Shown here piece by piece: positions 25,590 through 38,000 of a DNA stretch of 64,000 nt. Position 1 is the first letter of the stretch. Every line of letters starts with the position of its first letter. This stretch comes from Geosiphon pyriformis uo1. Taxonomy: Eukaryota; Fungi; Glomeromycota. A model generated the notes under the pieces. The model did not search any database. It was not told where the DNA came from and worked only from the letters and a program-made list of their open reading frames with translations. The DNA is taken from contig JAAOMT010000376.1 of NCBI GenBank assembly GCA_016748015.1, positions 93,283 to 157,282 on the forward strand. The letters run 5' to 3'. The position numbers and the translations under genes are program-made.

Positions 25590-28500
25590 ATATATTTTTT
25601 TTATTAGAGATTTAATAAGTATGGCCTAACCAGTAATTAGAAATTAGAACCAAACTAAGTGATTCAAGACTAATTTGGTTCATACACTTTCTACATGTAA
25701 CCAGTTACTTAAGCCAGTTTAAGTTATACTATGCTGCTAACCCACAAGAAAATTTGTTCAAGATAGACATTTTTTGAATTACATCAAACAAAGTAAGATT
25801 ACTAAAAACCAATCTAACAAGCCACTTAACTGTTTTTATAAGATCGAACTTAACATCAAGAGATTTAAATTTCCAGAATGCTATCAATTTACCAAACATC
25901 TTATTACTTACTCCAATTAGAACACCAGAATTACCAAACAAATCAATATTCTTTATGTTATACTCAGTTTTTAATGCCACCACCTCTTTTTCTAACTTAT
26001 TAACAGATTTGCTAAAAGCACTCAAATGCACCATAAGTTCATTAACTTTGTTTCCAAGTTTGCTGCTAGATACAAGATCACCCTTAATAAACTGTTCAAA
26101 AGTGGTTATCAAACTATCAACAGACTTAACAATAGAGTTAACCAACATTGACAACTTGGCCAAACCAAATTCCAGAGAAGCTAATTGAGAAAACATTAAA
26201 GAATCAGCAACAGCCACAGAAAAAGCAGAAGCCACCAAAAGAGCAAATGCTTTTGTATAAGACAAAAAACTGACAAAATGTGGTTTAAACATCTTGGCAG
26301 CTTTAGAAGAAAGAGATAGAACAATCTTACACTTCACAGCCAAGTGATCTATTTTGTAACACCAAAAACAACACTGATAACTAGGAGTTTTTTACCAGAT
26401 ATGGCACTTTTTCAGTATACTAGTTTTGACAACAACAAGGTCCAAATCAGCTTGGGAGCCAAATGTAACCAGAGCAAAACAGAGATGACAACCAGAATCA
26501 GAAGACTAAAGAATAAAACAAGTCTAATTACCAATCTAAGAAATCATATTACTGATTTCAAAGACAGTACAACCAAGAGAAATATTAACCAACTTGGCCT
26601 TAAATCTATTATGAGACACAATTGTTTTTTGTTGATTTATGAAAAGAAAGATCTGAATACTATCTTTGCTCACTAAAACCAACCAGTAATTGAAAGCAGA
26701 TGTGACAGCATCCAAATTCTTAAAGTAAATAACAATATATTGTCAAATACCAACAGATCTCAACTGAATGTAAGAAATTTCACCAAAAGCACCAAGAGTT
26801 GTTTTAATGTTAGCAGCAGATATACCTAAAGACATATTGAGCAATACAATAACAGCAGAAGGGAAACCAAACTCAGAAATCACCAAAAACTTGGCAATTT
26901 TAAAAGTGGCAAGGTAAACAAAGCTTGTAAGCTTAACCAAAAATACAGTATTGAAAGAATTTTAGGAAGCAAACTCCATACAAAAAAGCTTCATATTATC
27001 TTTTAAAACAGACTTTGCACCCAAAAAATTATGTACAAACTAAAAAACAGTCTTAACATAAGCCAATTTGATCTTGAAAGTAACACTAAACACCAGAGTA
27101 GAAGCCATCTACTTAGTAAATTTTTGATGATATTACTTATAGAATGTAAGAAGTATATTAACATATAAATTAGCCAATTAGAAGTAGTCATAATAAATGT
27201 AAAATTTCAGAATTCTTTTCAAAAAAATTGCAGGATTCCAAAAATTTCAGAATTCTCATATGAGAAATTGCAGAATTGTAGAATTCCAGGATTTTTTTTA
27301 AAAGAATTGCAGAATTCCAGAAATTCTAGGATTTCTGGTGTAAAGAATTGAGAAATTAAGGAATCTCAATTATGTATATATAGTGGTAATATTAAAAGTA
27401 GAAAGAAAAGATCTTTCTATTTGGATTTTATCTAAGCAATGTTCTAATTCCTAAATACTAATAAATAATTATTTGTTATTTCAATTTACTCTTCACTATC
27501 AACACTTTATAGTAATAGTAACTGATACTTAACCACACTGGAACAATAGCTCTTGATTATAGCTATTGATAGAATACTAATATTTATTGCCTTAACTTAC
27601 TTTTTTTTTTTATTTTTGTTATTTCTTGTTGTTGACTAATTGATTAAGGAATAAGTACTGAGTTATTGATGTCAATAATTGCCTGGTAAAAAACCTCCAT
27701 GAGTGGATAAAACACATAAAAAATACAGATTACTTATCAGAGAATTGCTGGCCATTAAGCTAAAAAAAGAATTGATGGAATTGTATTTCCAAGAGGCTAC
27801 TGAAAACAACCATTGAATTTCTGTTCATTATACAAAAGACTTAACCAAAACCTTTAAACAATCAAAATCTTTAGATATTAAAATCACTATATTATCAATT
27901 AAATACCAAGTTACGAATTTGTTATTTGATTTGAAACTCCAAATAATTATCTGTAACAATAATTAGTAATAGTTTCTTAAGCACTACCAAAAGTAGCACC
28001 AAAAACCAGAAGAGAGGATAATTCAATATCTATTTGGTCAATCCAGTTTTTAAGAACAAATAACACCACAGGAAATGATTGTTTTGCTTCTAAAACTAGT
28101 GATGATCTGTCAGAAAACACCACATTTGGCAATACAGCCAGTGGTTAATCTTGGTTTATCTTGGATGACATATTGAATAATACAATAAAGATCTTATTTA
28201 GAACCACAAAGGAGTTCAGTATAACAATAGCAGAGACAAGCAACTGTCTCCACTTTTCTGAACTTTTGGTTTTTTTGATCATTTTCTTTGAAGAGAAAGT
28301 GTTAAAAGCACCAGACATTAAAACTATGGAGGGGAATACCAGTTTGTTAACTGGTCTATTATTAAACACTTTTGAACTCTTAGTAAAAGTGGAGGCAATA
28401 CTGGGACTAACCCAAGTGTGTCTCTTTGAAGGAACTTTGACTAGTGAAAAACCAGCCAACAATGGGGAAGTTGTTTTAATAGCTATCAAAGACAGCTTTT

Positions 28501-28650
28501 CATAATTACTAAGTAAAGAGAATGCTTCTAAAATGTTTTGTCTGATTGCTTTTACAACAGAAAGAGCTCTTTTGATTGAAATTTTATTAGATATCTTAGG
28601 AAAGATATTAAGTGCAGCTTTTTTACTCTTTGCTTTAATTATGATTATAA
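25590..28650 (-). mobile_element. ORF1-only element, copy C (best preserved), interrupted by a solo LTR
   Basis: ORF pieces at 28145-28489, 26743-26940 and 25729-26343. CCHC knuckle CFWCYKIDHLAVKC at ~26329-26372, with a coiled-coil-like C-terminus. The stop at 25729 abuts a LINE-type 3' tail and there is no ORF2. Confidence 0.8.
27131..27958. mobile_element. Solo LTR of a second LTR family (828 bp)
   Basis: Termini T(G>A)TTAC...GTAACA and TSD ATGA/ATAA. It splits the host ORF at ETIT(N/S)|HQKF. Contains internal 9-bp GAATTSCAG-like repeats, TATATATAG at ~27375 and AATAAA at ~27460. Confidence 0.8.
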
Positions 28651-29189
28651 AATTAAAGAGATAAAGAATTTTATTATATAAAATATTTATTTTTAATAGA
28701 CTATAAGTTTTTTATAAATATAAATATTAATTAAGATTAAATATAGTTTTAATACTAATTATATAAATAAATATAATAAAATTTTTTTAAATAATAAAGT
28801 TTATATTAGATTAATTATTTTTTAAAATTATTAATAATATTAAGTTTAATATAGATAAAATTATTAAATAATTAAGTAATATTATTATAAATAATAATAC
28901 TTTGACTATAGTTTTACATAAAATGTTTTTTCAGAATAAGGTTTGTTTTATAGTTTTAATATAATCTAATTTAAATTGAACTTGTGTTTAATTATATATA
29001 AAAAATATGTAAATTATATCTAATTTAAATTATTTAGTTTAATATATTATATTAAATAGTTAAATTACACATTAAAAAAAATTATTATTAAATTAATAAA
29101 ACAATTATAAGATATTATATAAGTTTAATAATTAATAAAAAAATGAATTTTAATTTTAATAAAATTTATTCTTAAAAAAAGGGGATGTT

Positions 29190-32100
29190 AACACTGTTCT
29201 GTCAGGTGGTGTATTTTACAGCAGAAACCATTTTTGTAAAGACATAGTCCAAAGATAATGAGTTGGTCAAATCTGCTGCATTTTCTAGATTTTACAAGTT
29301 GGAGCTATTAGTGGCAAAGATTTTGAAAACATATAAGTCAGAAAATTTAGAAAGATTTCAGGTTTTGGTTAATAAACAGGTTGATTTGAACTTTAACCAA
29401 GCTGTAGAATTCAAGAGATCTTTGGACAATAATTATAACAAAATAATAATTGAATATTTGCTGGCTTATTTTAGGAAATTATATAGGTTTTACAAGTTTT
29501 TGGATTTTAAGACCACTGAGAATTTTCAAATCAAGGCAGTCATTGCTAAATGTATGGAAGCTTTTGCAAACAATAAGGATCAAATAATCAGGAGTGTATT
29601 GGAGAAGTCTTTTAGAAAAGTTACATTGAATCATCTAATTAATAATGAAGATTTGGTTTTGAAGCCAGAATTGGTTAAAAACAAAGTAAATTTAATTATG
29701 AAGAATTGGACCAGGAAGTATGCAGTTAAATTTCTGTTCTTTTCTATTGGCAAAGACAATTTGCACCTCTCAATTACATTAATAATAGTACATTTTCTGG
29801 CATAATAAAGCAAATTAATTTTGATGAGTTTTTTTTGGTGATTAAGAATTTTTCTGATGGCAAGACTGCTGGTTTGTCTGGTATTTCTAATGAAATGTGG
29901 AAACATTGTAATAAGTTTGTGTTAGTCTTTCTTTTATGTCTGCTCAACTTGTATTTAGCATATGAATTTGTTCCTGATGTCTGGAAAGAAGTCTGGGTAT
30001 CTATGATTCTGAAACCTTATGAGTAAAAAAAAGTTTTGACAAATACCAGATCTATTGCTCTTATTGAAACTGCTAGAAAAAATTTTTCAAAGATTTTATC
30101 TGATCATATTTCAAAGGCTTACAGCACACATGACATTTTACATAGTGACAATTTTTCAGTTTTAAGGGGCACTTCTACTCAGTCTCCTATCTTTGTTGTA
30201 AAATTTGTTGTAGAAGATGCTTTGGAAAAGGGCAGAGAAATTTGGTTGGTTCTTTAAAATATGTGCAAAGCTTATAATTCAGTAGACTGGTTGTATTTGA
30301 AAAACAGTCTGAAGAAAATCAAGATATGTGAGAAGTTTGTTAGGTTTTTTGGTTATATTTACAATGGCTACACAAATAGGATTATGATAAACTTTGATTT
30401 GTCTAAAGGTTACAAAATTTATGATGGTCTGGACCAGAGTGAACTTTTTTTTTCTCTTCTGTAAAAGATTTTTTATGATTCTCTGTTGTGTAAGATCAAG
30501 AGGCATAAATTACTTTTTAGGTATTAAGTTGATTCCATATTTGTGACCAGAACAGGCAAAATTGAATCAAATGCTGGTCTAACTTCATATTTGGCTGCTG
30601 GTGTTTTTGTGGATAATACCATTTGGGTTGGCAACTGTTGTACAATAACACAGAACATTTTAAATATTGCTAGTGAGTTCTTTAATTTAATAGATATATC
30701 AATTAACATGAATAAAACAGTTGCCATTCCTATTAATCTGAGAACCAGTAACATCTCTTTAAATATTAGTGGATCTCTGATTTTGATCACAAAGACTAAG
30801 GAGGCTCATTGGTATTTGGGTATTTTTTTGTCAACTAAAGATCTTTCTGGTCTAAGTTTGAAGAAGACAAATTCAGATGTAAAATTTTTCTTATCCATAG
30901 TTTTGAACAAAGCTATTTCAGACAAGCAGTTCTTTTATTTGGTCTCGACTGTTTTATAGCTTATAGTGGAATACAAATCTTAGTTTAGCTTCATTAATAA
31001 AGGCAAATACAAGAAATGGGATTGTATAATTAGAAAGAGTTTGAAGTCTAAAGCCAGCTTGCCCAAGGATTTTCTTAATAAAGCTGTGTACCATTTATCT
31101 TTGTACAATTTGAAACCTTTTAAGCAAGTTCAAGCAGAAAGAAAAATGGCATCAGTATTACAGTTTGCTAATAGTAAAAGAATAATAAGTTGGCTTTTTG
31201 AACATAGGTCAATGAATTTGCAAGTTTTGGGCTGGATACCTTAAAATCCTCTTCAGTTTTCTGTTAAGTTAATGATCAATCCAATGGACAATTTTTTAGC
31301 TGGTATTACTAAGATTTTTTTGTGTAATGGAATCTCTTTGGCCAATGGCTTGCTCAATGCTTTTTATTTCAAGCATGGCTTTCCTGTTTTGAATATTTTG
31401 GGTCAGATGTTATACCTTTGGACTTACAGATTACTGAAGCATTTTGGGATTATTTTTGTGGATTAATTTAAACAGCCATAGAGAATGTTTTAATTAGAAA
31501 GATTTTTACCATTAGAAATGATTAGATCCCAAGAGCCTAGTTCCCTTTTGGTTTACATTAGTTTCAGATTTTGTTAAGAGTGGTGGTCTAGTCAAAGATC
31601 TTTTTTCCACTATTTGACACTTTTCTATTCAGAATGTTTTTAATATGGACAGTATAGGTGTTATCCACTCTAGTTTAACAAATGCTTTTTTGTCTAAATT
31701 TCAATTTACACTGATGGTTCTGTTAAAAACTTTGGTACATCAAATGCTGTCAAAGGGACTGTTATCTATTTTTCTAATCTGGGTTTGCATATAGAAATGG
31801 AGGTCTATGGTTTGTTATTATCTACTTTGGCTAAAATACAGGTTGTTACATTGGCTCTCAAATGCATTCCAGCTTTCTCTAAAGTCACAGTTTTTTCTAA
31901 CAGTCAGGCTTTCTTAGATGCTTGCCAAACTGAGTTGAAATTGGTGACTTCTGATTTTTACAACAAGTGCTAAATAGAGCATTATTACATTAGCAATTTA
32001 GTCAAATATAGAAACATTTCTGTCACTTGGACAAAAGTAAAGAGTCATTCTGAAATATTGGGCAATAAGCACACTAATAGATCAGCTAATTTGGCCACCT

Positions 32101-33130
32101 TATTGGGGCTTGTTCTTTTAGCAAATGTTAAGAAAAAATTCTTATTGGCAGATAGTAAGGCAATTTTTGGCAATGTATGTCAATTTGTTAGAACAATAAA
32201 TAATACTATTAGGCATTTTCAATGAGAATTTGGGCCTGGTTTGAGTGCTATAGATTCTTTATGAGTTGGTGACATTAACTGGATTTGTACTGCCTTAGTC
32301 TAATACCCTAATTTCCATATGTCTGCTGAACATATAAGCAAAGCCACTTTTGGTTTATGCACATACTTGATAAAAGCTTTGCACAAAAGACTGCCTGTGG
32401 CTGTTAGAAAGTGCTTGTATAATCACAGCTATCCTAGTGTTTTGTGTGTGCATTACATGGAGGTGAATTTTTTAGATCATAGTTTTGTTTGTGGCTTGGA
32501 CTTTTCAACACATTAGGGCTTAGTAAGCAAACATTCTTCTCTCTGGAAGTCTCTTACTGGTGTAACCTTGTCATTGTCTGTGGTTCTTTAATCTTTGGCT
32601 TTATCTGCTTTTGACATTAGACTATATATGGTTTTATACAAGGGGTTTGTTTTTGAAAATTGGTTGGTGAAGGCTAAAGCCTCTTTTGAGGATACTAAAC
32701 TTGTAATATGTAATCTAATTAGGTTTGTTCAGGGTGTGGTTGCTGGCCACAGAAAGCAAATCTAGGTGTTTAATTTGAAGCTTTGAGCTGATATAGAGTG
32801 TTGAAAATTGATACATAAGGATTGGTCTTTATGTAATGTTGTTTGAAGTCTTTTTACTAAGATTTCAGGTGGTGTTGCTCATTTGCTAAGAATTGAAAGG
32901 GGTCATGCCACCAATTTTGGCTTGAATGTTAGTTATCTGTTTTTTGCAGGTGCTACTGGCAAAGTTATGATTAATATAGTTGTGTAATATAGCCTTGATT
33001 GGCCAAGTAGCTGGTCACATATAACAAATGTATGAATCACATTTAATTTAGAACTTTAGATAGTTATATTGTATTAGATAATAATTGGGTTTTACTTATT
33101 AAATAAATAAATAAATAAATAAAAAAAATA
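29190..33130 (+). mobile_element. LINE copy 3, 5'-truncated (ORF2 linker-RT-RNaseH-CCHC, 3' tail, (TAAA)n/polyA), degraded
   Basis: Series of ORFs from 29263 to 32516 collinear with 36060-39759. RT motif FVDN at 30606-30617; tail at ~32990-33130. Confidence 0.93.
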
Positions 33131-33252
33131 TTATTTAAATAAAAATTTAAAAAACTCTTTCTCTCATTCCTCCCAAATCCCTAAAAAAAGAGCCAAAAAA
33201 GTTTTTTGAAAGAAGTTTTTTTACCATTCAGTATGATAAATTTAAACCGTTT

Positions 33253-35088
33253 TTGTTCGATTATAAGGCCACTGTTGGCTCTAGTATTGCTGTCATAAAA
33301 AAGGCTATGGAAGGTTCTAGTTCAGGTGGTGGTTTTATGGCTGTTTTGTCGAGAAAGAAGAGAAGAGGTGGTGTTCTTGAAGATGGTATTGGCATTAAAA
33401 AGAGTTCGAATAAAGTGCAGAGTGGTCATTCATGGGGCTCAAAGGCAGGAGACACCACTGAGTCTGAGAGTGTTGATATGGAAACTGAGTGTTTGGTGAA
33501 GGAAACCAGTATCGATTATGGTGAGAGAGGTCTTCTTGCTGGTGGGAATTCTAATCAGATGCCGAAAAGTTCAAGAGTTAAAACCAAGAGTGCACTGGGA
33601 AAGTTATTGGGAAAGATATATTTTTCGGGTAGTAATGATGACAACGTTTTTTCTGGTGCTGTCTTAGAACTTCCTCCTCCTTTGGTCAAAAATCCAGTCA
33701 ACGTTCTGGTTAGGAAATCGTTCACTTTAGATATTGGCTTGGATAAGATTATTGGCAAAACCTTTCAGGAAAAGTGTGTAGTTGTTAGAAAGTTATTTTC
33801 AGGAATCAATGGTTTTGGGGGGGTGTCTACCTCCTCAAAATTTACTGGGATTATCAGAGCAACGTTCACTTCCGAATTGAGTCTAATGAAAGCTATTGAT
33901 AAAGCTGCGAATGCGAATATCTTAGTAAACACCAATCTCAAAAAATCATCTGGACAATCAGATCAGGCTGTGGTCATAAAAAAAATTCCAATTAGAACAT
34001 TGGCTGAGACTGTGCACACTGCACTATCCAAGTTTGGAGTTATTAAGATGATCAAGATGCAGTTAATTGGACTGTGGCAGAAGGCAGTAGTGGAATTCGA
34101 ATGATTGGATCAGACTGATTTGGTCACAGCTGAGTGGTCCATTCTAATCAGGAAAAATGCTGTACGAGTGGCTAAGGCTGTTTTGGACAAGGAGGCATGA
34201 GATGCAAGGGACCAACATAGGGCGCTGCTTTACACATTACCAATGGGGACCAATGCTCATGATATCTGAGATTTTGTTAGATCTGTGGGTGGGAAGACAT
34301 GCATCATTGATTGTCATTCTGTTACGTATGCTCGGACCAGGTGCGCTGTTGTTTGCTTCGACTCTGTTGAGTCATTGGATGCTGCTGTGGGAACAACGCC
34401 AGTACTTAGGAACGCCAATCTCCGCTGGTTTCACCTCATTTCTACTAAATGCACCAAGTGTAAAAAGTTGGGTCACATGTCATTGGGTTGTGCAGTTGGT
34501 GGGAAATTTTCCTCTGGTAGTTTGCTGCATAGGGTTTTCTCAGATATGGATAAAAGCAGGCTGGCAACCATCTATGCCAAGTGCTCAGCTCCAATTGCCC
34601 ATCCAGTCTCTTTTGGTGGTCTCTCATGGGTGAAGGTTGTTCGCAGGTCTTCTTCGCTCCTCCTCTCTAGTCAGAATGTTTTGGTGGATAATGGCTCCTC
34701 TTCGGAGATGAAGCCGTCTCTACCAGTTACAATGGAAGTCAACAATAGGTTTGCTGCTCTTAAGCGCAGTCTCGCCAGTCTCGCAGAGCAAGTTGGTAAG
34801 CTGGCTAAGAGGTTGGATGCACTCGGGTCAACGGTTCCCCAGTCTAGCCCTGAATGTCAGCCATTGGTGACCCCTTCATCACAGGATCAAGGGACGGATG
34901 TAGTGATGAGTGAGGGTTTGGGTGCATCCACTAGTGGTGGGAATATTGTGGAAGCGGTGTCTTTCGATATGTTTTCAGTGTCTAAGCTGGAAGACAGCAT
35001 GAAGTGTCTAATGGAAATGGTTCTGGGCCTTTCAGCCAAAGTAGATAGTATAGGGGCGCATTTGGCATCTCTACCCCTCACTCAATAA
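33253..35088 (+). pseudogene. LINE ORF1 (RRM-like regions, CCHC knuckle, coiled coil)
   Basis: QLIGLWQKAVVEFE, ALLYTLP and CTKCKKLGHMSLGC, with a few in-frame stops. Confidence 0.88.
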
Positions 35089-38000
35089 GCAGTTTGGTCT
35101 GGAAAGTTGCTACGTGCAACGTCAGGGGCATGAACAATCCTGCTAAGTAAGAGAACATTATTAGGTGGTATAATGAAATGAACAATGTGGTCTCTGTCAT
35201 TACTGAAACAAAATTAAGAAGTAGGGTTCATCTGTGGATTGCAAACAAATTCAATGGTGTCCGAGTGTTCACTTCTGGTTTGGACTCTGGTCACTTGGGT
35301 GTGGGTGTTGCTGTTATCATGGACGTTTCTTTTGCTCATTATGTGTGCAAGGTTTCTGAGGTGCCTGGTCAGCTCCTGTCTATCAGGCTGCTTTTCAAGA
35401 ATAAACTATTTGTGTCAATTTTGGGGCTATATGCTGGTGCCTCTTCGGTAACTCAGTTTGTTCAAGCTGGCAATATTAACTCTCTTATTGCAAAGGCTGT
35501 TAATGAATCTTCTTTCGTCATTCTCGGTGGCAATTTTAATGAAGACGGTTCTCATAAAAGTGCAAGTTTCAAAGAATGCTTTGATTTGGGTCTGGTCAAT
35601 TTTTTAATCAGTAGCCCGGCTGCGAAAATGCCCACTTGGAAAAATTCTAAGGGTGTTAAGAAAACAATTGATTATGTGTTTGTCTCCTTGAGTCTTGTCA
35701 ATGCAATAGTGAGTTGTGAAGTTTTAAATGTCAATGGGCATTTTGACACAGACTATTAAGCTGTTTCGGTGGATTTGGGTTTGGGCAGACTCTTGGATAC
35801 GCGTTTGAATTCTCTTCACAAGCAAGCAAATAAAGATCATTGGAAGTTTGACATTAAAAGTACCAATAAAGCTAAGTGGTTGGAGTTCAAGGTTGCTTCA
35901 ACTGCTAATGTCTCTATGTTCTCGGATGCTTTTGGTGTGGTAGTAAGGTTTTCAGATATGGACGCTATGTGGGACATTATTCGCAAGATTATGGTTTTCT
36001 CGGCAGGTGGTACATTTAAGAAAAAATGGTTCAAAGTTTTTGATGGCGTGTTTACCAAAACTTCTTCTAGGTTTCACAAGCTGGAGCTGCTGGTTTCTAA
36101 GTTGGTCAAGGCTTCGCATTTGGCTTCTAGTGATAGTTTTGCTTCTTTATTGGAGGTGTGGCACAGACTAGACTCCTCTGGTGTATCAGTGGTTAGGTCT
36201 CTGTTTCTTTCAGGTTCTAATTTTGATCATATTCATTTTGCATTGGCCAAAGCAAGGAAATCGTACTGCTCTCTCAAATTATCAGAATCTAAGCGCGCGG
36301 AGGAATCCTCTATTAAGCAGGCTATTAATAGGAGAATGGAGAGTTTTGAGCTGAACAAGGATCACACCATTAGGAGTGTCTTGGAGCGTTCTTTTCGCAA
36401 GGTGGTTCTGGATTATCTGGTTGTGAAAGATGAATTGATTTTGGAGTCTGATTTGGTTAAGTCTAAGATGGACAAAATTATGGAGGGATGGACCAGAAAA
36501 TGTGAGGTGGTGTCTGACTTATCTGAGGATTGGGCTCGTCAATATTGGCCTCTGGATTACATGTTCAATGGTGCTTTCTCTAATGTCATGTGTTCGATTA
36601 GTTTTGATGAGTTGTCAGCTGTTGTTGAGGATCTTCCTGATGGAAAAGTGGCTGGTCTTTCTGGTATCTCCAATAAATTATGGAAACATTGTGACAAATC
36701 TGTCTTAGATATGCTTTTGGTGCTTTTAAATCTCTGTTTGGTTGGTGAGTCGGTTCCTGGGCCTTGGAGGGAAGCTTGGGTTTCGATGATTCCTAAACCA
36801 TATGAATAGAAGGGGTTCTTATGAACACCCATTTAATAGCTTTAATTGAAACTGCCTGCAAGATTCTTTCAGATAGGATCTTTCTGGCTTGCAGCACTTT
36901 TGATGTTCTTTGTGGGGACAATTTTTTGGTTTTGAAGGGTAAAATGACACAATCTCCCATTTTTGCTATCAATTCTGTGGTTGAGAATGCCTTGGAGAAG
37001 AACCGTGAACTTTGGCTGGTTTTACAGGACATGCACAAGGCTTATGACTCGGTTGGTTGGGAACATCTTAGGAGGAGTCTGGTCAGGATCAAAATGTGTG
37101 ACAGGTTTATTAGATTTTTTGGTGGCATTCACAATGGTCGCATCAACAGAGTAATGACTGACTTTGGCTTGACTGATAGGTATTGTGTCCACGATGGGCT
37201 GGATCAGGGAGAAGTTTTCTTGCCTCTTCTCTGGCGTATTTTTTATGATTCACTTTTGTGCAAGGTCAAGAGACAGAATAGTTTGTATGGCTACAGGTTG
37301 AATTCTCATTTCATATCAGGAACTGGCCAGATGGATCCTCAAGCTGAGCTGTCTTCGTTTCTTGCTGCTGGCGCTTTTGTCAATGATACTATTTGGGTTG
37401 GTAGCAGCCAGGCTGCTACACAATACATTTTTGATGTTGCTAGTGAGTTTTTTAGGTTTAATGATATTTCTGTGAACAACGACAAAATGATGGCCATCCC
37501 CATTAATTGCTGGGTCCTAGATCCTCGTTTGACTATCAGTGGTGCGCCTATTTCTATTGCCAAGAGAGGGGAATCTCATCGCTATTTGGGTATTTTTTTG
37601 TCTTTTGAGGGTCTTTCGAAGTCTAGTCTGGCTAAAGCTGAGGCTGATGTATGGTTTTTTGTGAATCTTGTTTTGAGAAAGGCAATTTCGGACAAACAGT
37701 GTGCATATTTGGTGTTTGCAGTTCTTTTTCCTATCATCAGCTACAGAATTCAGTTCAGTTTTGTTTCTATTGGTGTCTGTAGTAAATGGGATACTTTGGT
37801 ATACAAGGTCTTAAAGTCCAAATCTGGATTGCCACATGATTTCCCCAGTGATGCACTTCATCACCCCTCTTTGTACAATTTAAGAACTTTCGAACAGATC
37901 CAAGCTGAGAGTAAATCGGCCTCCGTTGTTGCTTTTGTGAATTCTACTGGTGTCTTGGGTCGCTTGTTTTCTCATAGGTCTTATGACTTCCAGATTCTCA

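Noticed and set aside
14300-25600. Extremely AT-rich stretch as organellar or endosymbiont DNA, with I/K/N/F/L-rich ORFs as genes
   Set aside because: It is collinear with better-preserved LINE, ORF1-only and LTR copies in this window. The ORFs are compositional artefacts.
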